From Octopus sinensis (Eukaryota), in contig NC_043006.1 in assembly GCF_006345805.1 (NCBI RefSeq), positions 32,550,001 to 32,614,000 on the forward strand: a stretch of 64,000 nucleotides of DNA, read 5' to 3'. Below are positions 1 to 12,580 of the stretch, piece after piece; position 1 is the first letter of the stretch, and every line of letters starts with the position of its first letter. The notes under the pieces are model-generated. The model made no database searches, had not been told where the DNA came from, and was given only the letters and a program-made list of their open reading frames with translations. The position numbers were made by a program, and so were the translations under genes.

Positions 1-92
1 TTTTTTCTTTATTACAGTGTGATTTAAATATAATTAACACAAGTATGTCTGTATGTGTGTATGTGCGTGTGTCTGCATGAATCATTCATATA

Positions 93-312
93 CAGTGGGG
101 TGAAAAAGTTGGTATACAGCAATGTTATGATACTTAGTTCATTAAAATTATTAGCACATTAAATAAGCTAGCATCATTTTTTGATATTTTCAGTGTCATT
201 AACCATAATAACACATTTATCATAACTATAATTTCAATTTTTTTAAATAAATATTAATGGGTATTGTACGTGTTTTCTTTTTTCATAACAGTTCACCTAC
301 TTTTGCACCACC

Positions 313-313
<1 letters not shown>
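93..313. mobile_element. Possible degenerate Tc1-derived MITE
   Basis: TA|CAGTGGGGTGAAAAAGTTGG at 91-112 resembles a Tc1-type TIR; an imperfect inverse (acctacttttgcaccaccct) lies at about 295-314. Confidence 0.3.
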
Positions 314-356
<43 letters not shown>

Positions 357-486
357 ATATATATATATATAATATATATATATATCATATTAAATTAGAG
401 ATAAAACCACTATTAGGCAAATCAAACAGTGAAAATCATAAGCCATTACATAGAAATGTATTGGATTTACTCCCTAATATTATTAT

Positions 487-546
<60 letters not shown>
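314..546. repeat. (CT)n/(TA)n microsatellites flanking a short Penelope-like terminal-repeat remnant (386-480)
   Basis: attagagataaaaccactat... resembles the palindrome arm at 34450; ttggatttactccctaatat resembles 34837-34856. Confidence 0.5.
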
Positions 547-548
<2 letters not shown>

Positions 549-1843
549 TCATACAAACATGAATAATTATACAGAACGTATTTTATATGGTTTATAACAC
601 CCACGCAGTACAACCTATTCAAATGCACATAAGCTCTTTTATTCTTTCTGTCCAGAGGAAAATAGTTTCCAGGGATATTCCACGACTGGTTCTTCAAAGT
701 TTTACAGAGAAGCCCTTCTATCCTCGGAGAAGAAAACCAGCTTCAACATTTGTTTAACTCGTTAACAATCAGATTTCTCTGTCAAATAAAATGTTTATTC
801 ACATTGTCTTCAATAGATAATGCGTAATCTTGCAGATGAGATTTCAATATGATTATTAAATTTTACAATGACATTGTAGGATAGGTGTGAGAGGCTAGAT
901 CTGGCTGGTTTGAACGCTAAAGCTCTAAATACATTTCAAAGCGGAACATCATTTTTTTATATTCTTCTCCGAGCGAAGAACAATGGTATCTACTGTGCTT
1001 CATTTAAAACATTATACGATTCGGAAGATTTGAATTGATAAATCTGAAATTTATTTAAACATTTTTGTATTCATTTAGTATTTTATCCAGTTACTGATTA
1101 CTACTTTGCAAGAAAAATGTCATTTCATTAAGCTTCTTTACTTGTCTTGATTTAAATGCTGGCTGACTACGATTTTTTAAAGGGGTACTTATCATTAGAA
1201 CAACAACTATAGAAGCTGTCAAGATTGCTCCTTTTAGTTTTCAATCTGCCGGGAAAATGACATGAAGTATTTCAATCTGTATACTTTCCACAATGTAGGA
1301 ATAATAAACTACAGAATACAGGATGCTTATGCAAAAGATATTTATTTATTACTTGACAATTACATTGGTAAATTAACACCGTGCTAATTAGTCAGCGTAA
1401 TTCAGGTAGTTGTCTGTTTATAGAGTTCTCTTCGTGGGCAGCTTTGGTCTCTGAAACAAAGGCGAAGTTGCTGTGAAATATATCACTATATTCATACGCG
1501 TAAAGGGAATTGCAATTTTTGCTTATATTTCTTTACCGTTCATGACTAGCAAGATTAAACGTATATGGGATTTTCTAATACACACTCTGGACATTAAATA
1601 ACCATTATTATACTAGTAAAGTAGTAAATAAAATATGCTATGTTAGTGAAATTATTAACATTTATACATTAATATTAATACGTACCATTTAGGGGAGAAC
1701 GAAGGACAGAATCAAGAGAGAAATCGAGTAAGAACGTGTTGATTCGCCAGCTTAGATGTATATATAAAATGTCGATGTATGTATGTATGTATGTATATAT
1801 ATATACATACATACAAGTATGTATTTATACAAGTATGTATATA

Positions 1844-1875
<32 letters not shown>

Positions 1876-1919
1876 AGTATATATGTATGTATATATATAT
1901 ATAAGTTTATACAAGTATG

Positions 1920-1964
<45 letters not shown>

Positions 1965-1965
1965 A

Positions 1966-1998
<33 letters not shown>

Positions 1999-2004
1999 AT
2001 AGTT

Positions 2005-2160
2005 CAGACTTGTAGAAAAACAAAAGACGAAAACGGGTGTAGGAACAACAAGTAAGTGTATTAGTTTGACGCTCAGGAAAAATTAAATAAGTCTTTTTAC
2101 ATTTCGAGCCTACGTTCTTTAACAGAAAGGAATATGAGGAAATAAATAGAGAATGATATA
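2005..2160 (-). mobile_element. Penelope-like terminal repeat (pLTR) remnant with a variant hammerhead-like motif
   Basis: Minus strand ctttCTGTTAAagaacgtaggctcGAAAtgtaaaaagac (2091-2130) is homologous to 16724-16758 and 27196-27233; flanked by TA/CA microsatellites. Confidence 0.55.
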
Positions 2161-2243
2161 CATACATTCATTCATACATATATACATACATACATGCATA
2201 CACACATACATACATACATGCATCCATCTATCCATCCATCCAT

Positions 2244-2279
<36 letters not shown>

Positions 2280-3823
2280 ATATATATATATATAAGTATA
2301 TATATATTCACATATATGTGTATATATAAATATACGTGTGTATATATATGTGTATGCGCGTGTGTGTGTATGAAAGTATGTTTGTGTGCATATACGCTTC
2401 TTAAGTATACAATATAACCTTGATATGTGAATGACATTTGCCGTAATGGAAGTTGCGACGTACGTTGAGAAATGAAAGAAAAAATGCATGAAATTCTATC
2501 ATTTAAATATTTAATCACGAATGAACAAATAAAGTTCAATTTCTAAATAAACATTTAGGTAGGAAATAACAAGTTTATATTTATTCATTGAAACCCAATG
2601 CACAAAGAACTGCATGTATTTAAATAGACACTGCGCATGTCGAGATATTTAGAAAATATCTTCTAATTTGAAGATTGTTTATATGGGCCTATATAACAGA
2701 ACTGAGTCACAAAGAACATAGAATTACAAATATAACTGAAATTGGTCTACAAAAATTATTCCTACAAATTGAAAGACCAACTCACAGAAGAATACAAGCA
2801 CAATTATTCAATTATAAATACGGCAATCAATACAACTATTATATATAAGGTGTCCACACATGATGATCATCTACCAGGGGCCAAACCAAGGCACCCAATC
2901 ACGGGACAGTTTGCCAATTCTCTCCGGTTCCCTTAGTGGTTCCTTTTATTTGGACCATCATTGGCATTTCGTGTTGAGGTGCCAGTTCCTTTCACAATGA
3001 ATTGCTAGTGTCGTCTTCTGGATCTCCACTCTCCCAATGACCTTCTTCATTCTTTTGCAGTCTCCACCTTTCAAAGTTTCGTAATTTAGGGAGAGCTATT
3101 TTCACCTTGAGGCACAGTCCTTGCGCCCACTCATGCAGTTTAGCTGGTCAGTCGAAACCAGGAATCAGGGTATACTCTCTGCCGTATCCTCCGGCACCCG
3201 TGGAGCTATACGTCAGGTAGGGTTAGGGGCCAAAGAGGATCCTGGCCATTCATTGAAGGTATGGACTGTCTCTAACCGTGCGGAACTCACCCTCTTCCAG
3301 CGTCATAAACCCTAATAACACGTAAAGTAACACAAAACTACACAAGACCACAGGTACAGTTATCACTGATGCTTGAGTAAAATACATAGAATCAAACGTC
3401 AAAACAATACAGAATAAAATAAAAGTATTTCATGTTAGCAAAACACTAGAGTAATTAATAACAAATCACGGGTATGCCATCCAAATGTGATTTATAATTT
3501 CCGTTCTGGATGTCAATGTTGGAATAGATATACAACTTTATAAATATACATTGCAAGTCTCCAGGTACTTTACTACAAAAAATAACACAAAATCGCTTGA
3601 TGGAGTAGAAATGTATACACTGCAAAATGTCTCGCAAAATTAGGGAACTAACGAAGCCAGAAATACTTAACAAACATCAGAATATAAAAATATCAACAAG
3701 AAATAATATATTTTTTTACCGCAAATCAAATTATACATAAGATTCGTGGCCCAGAAACCCGACGGACAAAATTTGAATTTCGTTGGCAACATAAGATTTG
3801 TGGGTCGCTTCACATTCCCAAAT

Positions 3824-3923
3824 NNNNNNNNNNNNNNNNNNNNNNNNNNNNNNNNNNNNNNNNNNNNNNNNNNNNNNNNNNNNNNNNNNNNNNNNNNNNN
3901 NNNNNNNNNNNNNNNNNNNNNNN
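3824..3923. other. Assembly gap (100 N)
   Basis: Run of N. Confidence 1.
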
Positions 3924-4410
3924 AAAACCACTTTGTGAATCAGGAGTGGCTGTAAGACAAATATCTTCCATCAGCCTACTGAGCAAAAGTCTAGGAATTC
4001 TTTGCCGACTGCTTCCAGGTTTGTGATGCGACGGTGGTGGTCACAAATTTCTTTTTTCCTTTACCCTTGAAAAAAAAATAACAGTAAAATACCACTAGTC
4101 CAATCGTTTGGTATAGGGAAGCCAGTCCATCACTTGGTGGCGGGGTTAAATACTATATGTGTTACCTTTCCGTTTCCAGCCTTCTGCACTTCGACTAGAA
4201 GACCATCTCAGCCAAGTGCCCTAACTAGATTTATATGTTTGAGAGCCCTCGCATTGAGGGAAACCCCCTAACATTATCATCGACTACCTACTGATGGGTT
4301 GTCTGATAAATCAGTGAAGTGTTCTTGCGAGTGTTGCAGGATTTTCCCTCGTTCTTTGATGATAGTAATCTTGTCATTGAACTTCCGGTGAACTACAGCA
4401 GAAGTTAGTG
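3924..4410 (-). pseudogene. Decayed RTE-clade LINE fragment (pre-RT and RT N-terminus)
   Basis: Minus-strand translation with stops/frameshifts gives IIKERGKILQHSQEHF...RALG*DGLLVEVQKAG...IPNDWTSGIL...KGKGKKEICDHHRRITNLEAVGK, matching the LINE G.DG...E..K and 'NYRGITLL..GK' motifs. Runs into the gap. Confidence 0.7.
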
Positions 4411-4533
4411 GACCGCATAATTTAAGCAGGTGCCACATGTCAGATGTCGAAATGGTCGAACAGCAACGAGAAAGGAAGTGGTTTGCTCAAGATCACAACG
4501 CAACGCCCGGTCTGAGAATCGAACCCACGATCT
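4411..4533 (-). mobile_element. tRNA-derived SINE fragment
   Basis: B-box-like gggttcgattctc followed by gcgttgtgatcttgagcaaaccactt, a core-like segment related to other SINEs in the window. Confidence 0.6.
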
Positions 4534-4743
4534 GTATATGTATATGTGTATGCATATGTGTGTTTGTTTGTGTGTGTGTGTGTGTGTGTCTGTTTGTATG
4601 TGATTGTGATGTGTGTTTGGGCCAACATAAATTTTTATGCATTTTCCCAATTTTTTCGGGAATCTTTTCACTCTCCCTCTCTAACCCGCTTCTCTCTCTC
4701 TCACCTCTCTCTCTTCACCTCTCTCACTCTCTCTCTCTCTCTC

Positions 4744-4785
<42 letters not shown>

Positions 4786-4869
4786 TATATATATGCATAT
4801 ATATATATATAATATATATATATATATGCATATATATATATATGCATATATATATATATATATATATAT

Positions 4870-5159
4870 GCATGGCTCAGTGATTAGAGCGTCTAGCTTA
4901 CGTTCGTGAGGTTGTGAGTTCGACACTTTATTTCTCGTTGCTCAGGTTAACTCGCCTGTAGAAATGAGTTGCGACATTACTGGTGCTACGCTGTATCGGG
5001 CTTTGCCTTTCGCTTGGATAACATTGGTGGCGTGGAGAGGGGAGGCTGGTGTGCATGGGCGACTGCTGGTCTTCCATAAACAACCTTGCCCGGACTTGTG
5101 ACTCGGAGGGTAACTTTGTAGGTGCAAACACATGGTCATTCATGACCGGAGGGGTTCTC
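4870..5159 (+). mobile_element. tRNA-derived SINE
   Basis: A box tggctcagtg and B-box-like gagttcgac, then core (acactttatttctcgttgctc) and tail; flanked by (TA)n. Confidence 0.7.
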
Positions 5160-5208
5160 ATATATATATATATATATATAAATACATAAATATGTGTGTG
5201 TGTGTGTG

Positions 5209-5520
5209 AAGGCGCAATGGCGCAGTGGTTAGGGCAGCGGACTCGCGGTCAGAGGATCGCGGTTTCGATTCCCAGACCGGGCGTTGTATGTGTTTATTGA
5301 GCGAAAACACCTAAAAACTCCACGAACCTCTGGCAGGGGGTGGTGACGACCCCTGTTGTATTCTTTCGCCACAACTTTCTCTCACTCTCTCTTCCTGTTT
5401 CTTGAGTAACGCAGCGATGGACTGGCGTCCCGTCGAGCTGGGGGAAACACATACGCCACAGAAACCGGGAAACCAGACCCATGAGCCTGGGTTGGCTTGA
5501 AAAGGGCGACGTTTATCGTT
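5209..5520 (+). mobile_element. tRNA-derived SINE, 'ggcgcaatggc' head family, tail type 1
   Basis: A box tggcgcagtgg, B box ggtttcgattccc; head and core shared with 14543 and 45880-46168. Confidence 0.8.
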
Positions 5521-5658
5521 TACACACACACCACACACACAACACACAACATATATATATTATATATATATATAATATCTATATATATATATATGGTTGT
5601 GTGTGTGTGTGGGTCTATATTTGTATATGTATATATATACATAAACATATATACATAC

Positions 5659-5709
<51 letters not shown>

Positions 5710-6213
5710 GTATATATGTGAGTGTGTGTGTGTGCATTCTAAAACGTAACATTTCTATGCATTTTCCTTCTACTACATGTAGCCACGTGAGATTTTCTGT
5801 TCACTACACATTCACACATACATTAATAACGAGTATGCATACATATACCATATGTGCGTCTGTGTTCGTCCAAGTGTTAGAGACATTTTGTGTGTGATTA
5901 CATGGATATAAATATGCGTATGTGTGGATGCTTGGAAGATAGAAATGGAAAATTCAAAAGTCAGTGTTTTCGTATGCGTAAGAAGTATATTTTTAATGAA
6001 TTATCGATTCTCCAGAATCAGTATCTTTTATGTAAAATGTATATCGAGCATAATAAAATATGAATACAAGTATATTTATGAATTAAAATTGTTTGCTTAA
6101 TTGAATATCGAATTTTTGAGGAAGTCTTTTATTCTACAATATGCCTATATATATGTACATATTTGTGTCTATCTATCTGGCTGCCTGCCTGTTTCTCTCT
6201 CTCTGTGTCTCTT

Positions 6214-6261
<48 letters not shown>

Positions 6262-6476
6262 GAGAGAGAGAGAGAGGTATAATTAAGTCTCTGTGGGGAA
6301 AGACAAATTCAATATCTATGAAAATAACAATTTCCTTGGTCCAATTAATTTGCGCGTTGCAAAACCTTTTTAGACTTTTGTATATATGTACAAAAATGGT
6401 GAAAGCATATTGCAATATATAAATGTCAAGAAAGAATCCGTTTTTCCTTACACATAGTAATATTATATGAGTATAA

Positions 6477-6690
6477 AAGGAGGCGAGCTGGCAGAACCGT
6501 TAGCAAACCAGGTAAAATTCTTAGCGGCATTTCGTGCGTCTTTCTGTTCCGTGTTCAAATTACGCTTAGGTGGACACTGAGTTTCATCATTTCGGGGTCG
6601 ATAAAGCATGTACCAGTTTCACGCTGGAGTAATTGTATTCGACTCAGATGTTCGATCAAAAATTGCTAGCCTTGTACCAAAATTTGAACC
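6477..6690 (+). mobile_element. tRNA-derived SINE, 'aaggcggcgagctggcagaa' family
   Basis: Head aggcgagctggcagaaccgttagc...gttcaaatt...ttcggggtcgataaa...taccag, same family as 10711, 11450, 31538 and 55843. Confidence 0.75.
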
Positions 6691-6748
6691 CAATATTTGT
6701 TGTACATGTTATATGACGTCATGTGCCCACGTATGCGTATATATATAT

Positions 6749-6782
<34 letters not shown>

Positions 6783-7416
6783 CGTATAGATGTAAGTATA
6801 TATGTATATATTATTATTATTATTATTATTATATGATTGAACGCCACGCATCCTCTTCCAAGTAAGTTTTATCTTAGTAATTCTGATGCGTACTCTATAC
6901 GATCTTTTTTCTCTCTTTCGCTCTCTTATTCTTTTACCTCCTCTTCTCCAATTATTCTATCCTATTTCGATGTCACCCACCCTCGCTCACTTCCCCTTTC
7001 TTGCTCATGTGGCTCCCACGTCCCCATCGGCCATCTTTCTTTCATCTCCTAACTCGTGTTTCTTTCTCTCAGTTGTAGCTAGAACAAGGAAGACGTGTTC
7101 ATGTCTGTCTCCTGTCCAAGCTTGATTTACGCGTTCACCACCACAACCTCGTTTAGGCTATACAGCCCTTCCTATTTGTTTTCACTGTTCTGTTTGTGTT
7201 ACCAATTTGGACCCTCTGCAAATTCCCAAGTTTTATTTAAGAAGTACGAGAGTAGAAAAACAGCCAACAACGGATAGAGGGTCGTTCTTTATGTTGTTTG
7301 TCGGGTTTTCCAGTTGTGTCTTTCGTTGTTCGAAAAATTGGTTCATATTCCATATACTCTTACTTCGTATTTGTTTTGTTGTACACGTTTCATGACGTCC
7401 TGTGCTCAAATATGCT

Positions 7417-7453
<37 letters not shown>

Positions 7454-8039
7454 ACACTAGGCTTACTACCCACCCTTGCCCGGTAAAGTATTCGTGGAAT
7501 TGTTTGCCATTCTGTAGAATGGGAATTTACAGTATTTAAGCATATATACATATTTAACCTAACTTCTGGACTTATTTAATTAGAACTATCGAAACAATGG
7601 TAATCAATTACATGAGTAAAGTATATTTCTAAACGATTAAAGTATTGTGTACGTCAAAATGTCGACTTCATTTTCTTAAAGAGCGCGAAGACTATGTGTG
7701 TGTATATGTCACAGATAGCTGACGTATGTTTGTGTTTATTGAAAGCTATGACATTCATTATATGTATGTGTATTCTGTATGTGTGTAAACGTCACGAAAG
7801 CCATGTTTCTTTTCGCCAAGAAATAGCAAGCAATAATTGTTTAATCGTTTAACAAGAGGTCCAAATGTCACAAAAATATGTACTGTACTGCCGAAGGTAA
7901 GTATGAAAATAAATATGTAAAAAAAGATAAAATAATATATAATTTCTGAGATATTTCAGTTACACACAAACATCCCTAGGGTTTTAGTATTATTGAGATT
8001 TAGTATCATTGAGAGTTAAAATTTACAGAAAAATACAAG

Positions 8040-8290
8040 CAGGGCATCGGGAGGGTTCAATTAACTGTTCTTTTCCGGAAGGCATTCAAGACAGGGCCAA
8101 TGGCTAACTTCCAGAAATCCCTGGCTTAACAGTACTACCGGGGAACTATACCGGTTCAAGACAAACTCTACAGACACGGAAGCACTGTCAGGCAGACCTG
8201 TCTGAGATGTGCACAGGGTCATGAAACCGTCCAGTATGTATTTGTCCAGTGTCCCTGCATTACTGACTTCTGGGGATTTGTCGAACAACG
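8040..8290 (+). pseudogene. Tx1/L1-like LINE ORF2 C-terminal (zf-RVT) fragment
   Basis: Translates to FKTGPMANFQKSLA*QYYRGTIPVQDKLYRHGSTVRQTCLRCAQGHETVQYVFVQCPCITDFWGFVEQ, with the CxxC...ET..H/Y.F..C....W zf-RVT pattern. Confidence 0.7.
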
Positions 8291-8369
8291 GTTATCAGCT
8301 GATTAGATTATCAGCGGATTATATATATATATATAACAGAGGACGACAGAATGATTACAGCAGAGGACA

Positions 8370-8416
8370 GAACCAGATCATCGATGATTTTGCATTTTAA
8401 TGCTCATCAGTGGCTC
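8370..8416 (-). ncRNA. Type I hammerhead ribozyme-like motif with G12A change
   Basis: GAGCCA-CUGAUGA-GCAU(UAAA)AUGC-AAAA-UCAUCGAUGA-U-C-UGGUUC: 6-bp stem I, 4-bp stem II, palindromic stem III, AUC site; AAAA replaces GAAA. Confidence 0.55.
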
Positions 8417-8465
8417 CCACCGCGCCTAGGGTTAAACGCAGCTCGCCTGACCAGGCGAGCTGAGT

Positions 8466-8682
8466 TTATATATATATAATCCGCTGATAATCTAATCAGC
8501 TGATAACTGTGTTTGTCCTACACGAGACAAAAGCTGTTTGACAAATCCCCACAATTCAGTAATGCAGGGACACTGGACAAATGCATACAGGACGGTTTGA
8601 TGGCCCTGTGCACATCTCGGACAGGTCCGTCTGACAGTGCTTCCGTGTCTGTAGAGTTTGTCTTGAACCGGTATAGTTCCCT
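8466..8682 (-). pseudogene. Inverted second copy of the zf-RVT fragment
   Basis: ORF 8492-8725(-) ...TCPRCAQGHQTVLYAFVQCPCITELWGFVKQLLSRVG; reverse complement of about 8140-8335 with scattered substitutions. Confidence 0.75.
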
Positions 8683-8718
8683 GGTCAGGCGAGCTGCGTT
8701 TAACCCTAGGCACGGTGG

Positions 8719-8765
8719 GAGCCACTGATGAGCATTAAAATGCAAAATCATCGATGATTTGGTTC
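8719..8765 (+). ncRNA. Type I hammerhead ribozyme-like motif (G12A, U17)
   Basis: gagcca CTGATGA gcattaaaatgc AAAA tcatcgatga T T tggttc; inverted copy of 8370-8416. Confidence 0.5.
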
Positions 8766-9292
8766 TGTCCTCTGCTGTAATCATTCTGTTGTTCTTTGTT
8801 ATCAGTCATTAAGATAGTGATAACATGTATGTGTATGTATGTACGTGTGTGTGGTGGGCGGGGCAGTGCGCACGCGTCAGTGTGTCTGTGTGCGTCTTGT
8901 TTGTCTTGTTATTCTTGTACGTCTTGTATGTCACGTTATTCTTGTATGTCCTGTATGTTTTTTATGTCTTTTATGTGTACATAGATGTGTCTTTAAGCTA
9001 ATTCATTTATTATTAACATTCAGGAAATCATTTTCAAGTCTGAAAACCAGTAATATTGCTAAACTCACACTAACTTGCATATATGTCCATCTAAAACTTC
9101 TACACATATGCATGCATACATAGATGCATGCATACAAAGAGACAGACAGACATACACACAGACACACAGACACACACATATATATATATATATACACATA
9201 CGACTATCTAAACTTCTACACATATGCATGCATGCATACATACATACATGCATGCATACATACATACATACATACATACATGAATACATATA

Positions 9293-9339
<47 letters not shown>

Positions 9340-9505
9340 CAGAATGTTCCTTGACAAATTGAAATAAATATTTAACAGCAAAAAAAAAAATTATCCGTTT
9401 GTGAAAACGTAAGATGGTAATGGGATTTCTCTCTGAAAATACTCACACACGCAGACACACAGACACACAGACACACACACACAAATATATGTATATATAT
9501 GCATG

Positions 9506-9553
<48 letters not shown>

Positions 9554-9614
9554 ATATATATATATATACATACATATATATATATTATATATATAATATA
9601 TATTATATATATAC

Positions 9615-9672
<58 letters not shown>

Positions 9673-10710
9673 TCCATGTACACGGGAAAAGGAGAGGTTT
9701 AGAAACCGCTGTTTCCTTTTGGTGAAAAATATACTGACTTCTTTATGATGTCTATAAGAAAATTATTTGCATTTACGACTACACACACCATATCATACAT
9801 ACATGCATCCTTACACACGGAAGGGGGTGCGCGCACACGCATGTGTGTAAGTGCGCGTGTGCACGTGTGTGTTTAGGGGAAACCTAATATAGAGACAATG
9901 GGACATATTTTCTGTGTGTTTATCACTCATCAGAAGTTGTTCGATATTGTAAACAATGGATCTAGTTTACAAATAGTGCAGTTTGTCATTGAAATATAGT
10001 GATATAACGTGGCTAAGACGTTTTATATTTATGCATATTAATTGATATATTTACTAAAGCAGATGCGTTTTCCTCGTTTATATTAAAATGTATAAGTGAA
10101 GCAACCCTGCACATATACTCACACACCTATACACATACCTACACACAAGCATCTGTTTATCTGTTTATCTATCTATATATCTATCTATGCATAATACATA
10201 TACAGACGTATATATATCAGCTCACGGTGGCGCTGATATATATACTGCTAAGTAATATATTCAATAATAAATTAGAAAAGCTCACACTGAGAGACAAATG
10301 TTTTTAATATCTTTTACAATGATATCCAAATTGTGATAAAAGCAGAGTTGGCAAATATTAGAGAAAATGGAAGTAATTTAGCCAACTTGTCAATGGGCGT
10401 TCTGCTCACGGAAATGTAGAATAAATCCATTATTAATTGACATTTTTTTGGCAAATTGATTCAGAATAATTGTAATATTTATACTTGCTGTGCATTTTAT
10501 TTTTATTTGTGTTTTAGTGACTAATTTGTGATTGTGATGGATATTAGGATAATATCTTAAATACGTGCCTCTACAATTTCAATGCAACTAAACGACTAAA
10601 TATATTTCCTTTATTTAAGAATGTTATGGATTAGAGTATGATCTTTGATAGGTTGTTATCTGAGGCATTCAAGATGTGCGTTATTATGAAGAGCGAGTAG
10701 CACCATCTTA

Positions 10711-11126
10711 TTTCTTTACTGCCCACAAGGGGCTACACACAGAGGGAACAAACAAGGACAGGCAAACGGATTAAGTCGATTATATCGACGCCAGTGCGTA
10801 ACTAGTACTTATTTAATCGACCCCGAAAGGACGAAAGGGAAAGTCGACCTCGGCGGAATTTGGACTCAGAACGTAGCGGTAGATGAAATACCTATTTCTT
10901 TATTACCCACAAGGGGCTAAACATAGAGTGGATAAACAAGGACAGACAAACAGATTAAGTCGATTATATCGACGCCAGTGCATAACTAGTACTTATTTTA
11001 TCCACCCCGAAAGGATGAAAGGCAAAGTAGACCTCGGCGGAATTTGAACTCAGGACGTAGCGGCAGACGAAATACCACTAAGAATTTCACCCGGAGTGCT
11101 AACATTTCTGCAATCATGCCGCCTTC
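10711..11126 (-). mobile_element. Dimeric SINE (head+core+tail followed by core+tail) with 15-bp TSD
   Basis: Two ~180-bp tandem units; identical direct repeat agtagcaccatctta at 10696-10710 and 11127-11141. Confidence 0.85.
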
Positions 11127-11449
11127 AGTAGCACCATCTTACCATACAACTTCAAAGTATGGGCCATGTAATTAATATAAAGGCTTGAGCCAATAAAGGA
11201 GATCCATGTAAACTCTTCACCTCCGAAACACAGCAGCAAAATCTTTTCAAAAAACATCCGAGTAATTATTTATAAACAAATAAGAGGTATACAAAAATGC
11301 AGGCATAATGAAGGTTAGAATTTATTTGTTAATATATCTGCAGAAAAGAAAGGAAATATATTTGAGCCGTTTAGTTGCAACAACAACATAAAACGCTGCA
11401 GTAGACTTGTGGAGGTTGCTATTATGCAGAATATCAAATGGCTCCAAGA

Positions 11450-11668
11450 TTTTCTTTTCTACTCTAGGTACAAGGACCGAAATTTTGGGGAAAGGGGGCC
11501 AGTCGATTAGATCGACCTCAGTGCGCGACTGGTACTTAAATTATCGACCCCGAAAGGATGAAAGGCAAAGTCGATCTCGGCGAAATTTGAACTCAAAACG
11601 TAGAGGCAGACGATATACCGCTAAGCATTTTGCCCGGCGTGCTAACGTTTCTGCCAGTTCGCCGCTTT
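11450..11668 (-). mobile_element. tRNA-derived SINE, 'aaggcggcgagctggcagaa' family
   Basis: gaccccgaaaggatgaaaggcaaagtcg...gaatttgaactc...ctgccagttcgccgc. Confidence 0.8.
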
Positions 11669-12399
11669 GCTGGCTCGAAGATATTATGAGACAAAATTTC
11701 ACGAAGTGAGTCATTGAAATGCAGCATCCGACTGCTGGTGGAGGTCAACCCATTCCCGGTGAATGCTACCACAAGTAAAACCGTGACTAACGTTCATCTC
11801 GCCCAGTATTAATTTGTCGTGTTTACACTTAATCATAAACACAGGGGAATTTCAGTATACTTGCGCGAATGTCTATGAAAGCAGGAGGGTAAACCCAACT
11901 GTTGATCGGTATACTGGTAGTCCTTCACTATTACAACGAGTGATAGTCTGGTAAAAAGTATAAATAGTATTTTGAGATTAGAATCGACAAAATCCATTCA
12001 TGCAATCATTGGCATAGATGCTCAGCAAGCGATGTAAGCGACGGAAAGAAAAATTGTAAAATTTAAGCATATCATAAGAGTAAGGTTACCCACAGATATG
12101 TATTCGGAAAATGTGAAGGCGATTGTGGTTCACAAAGACACATACAAGTGACTGAGAAACATGTTCGGAGACAAGGTTAACCCTCCCGGAGTGTTGGTGG
12201 AGTTCGACGAACTGCCACCCGTAGTTGAACTCAGAGACATGGAGCCTTTCATGAGGCATTAAAATGGAAAAATAAGAGTAAGAAAAAAATGTATTGTTGA
12301 AAGAAAAAAAAAAAGGAAACAGTAAAAGTGTTTCATAGAAAAAAAAATGAAAAAAGATGATAAAGAAAAAAACAATAGAAAAATAGAACGATTGTAAAT

Positions 12400-12580
12400 A
12401 GTGTGTATAAACGTTCAAATGGTACTGCATGGGAGTGGGGCTCATGCAGCCATTTCATTTCTTTTTATATAACATTTCATTCTCATTCGTTTTATGTTTT
12501 ATGTCCCTCATTGTGGTGTTGTGACTGTCCTTGTAGTGTCCCCCTTTGTACTGTTGCCGTGGGGCTAAATAAAGAAATTT
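12400..12580 (+). mobile_element. Probable LINE 3' end (Tx1-like, tentative)
   Basis: Pyrimidine-rich 3'UTR-like tract ending ...gtggggctAAATAAAGAAATT; the family assignment comes from recall, not a search. Confidence 0.3.

Noticed and set aside
2940-3315. GC-richer island that might be coding
   Set aside because: All frames have stops and no recognisable motif; probably an unidentified repeat fragment.
3731-3955. ORFs spanning the N run
   Set aside because: Artefacts of the assembly gap.
5209-5285. tRNA gene calls for SINE heads (also 4870, 14543, 46100, 57100, 63960)
   Set aside because: A and B boxes are present, but they run into SINE cores and tails and I could not build a complete cloverleaf.
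9895-9936. Minus-strand CUGAUGA...GAAA...UC hammerhead-like hit
   Set aside because: There is no stem I or stem III complementarity, so it is a chance match.
12098-12262. Selenoprotein reading of the in-frame TGA
   Set aside because: There is no redox motif around the TGA and no SECIS recognised downstream; TGG>TGA decay is simpler.
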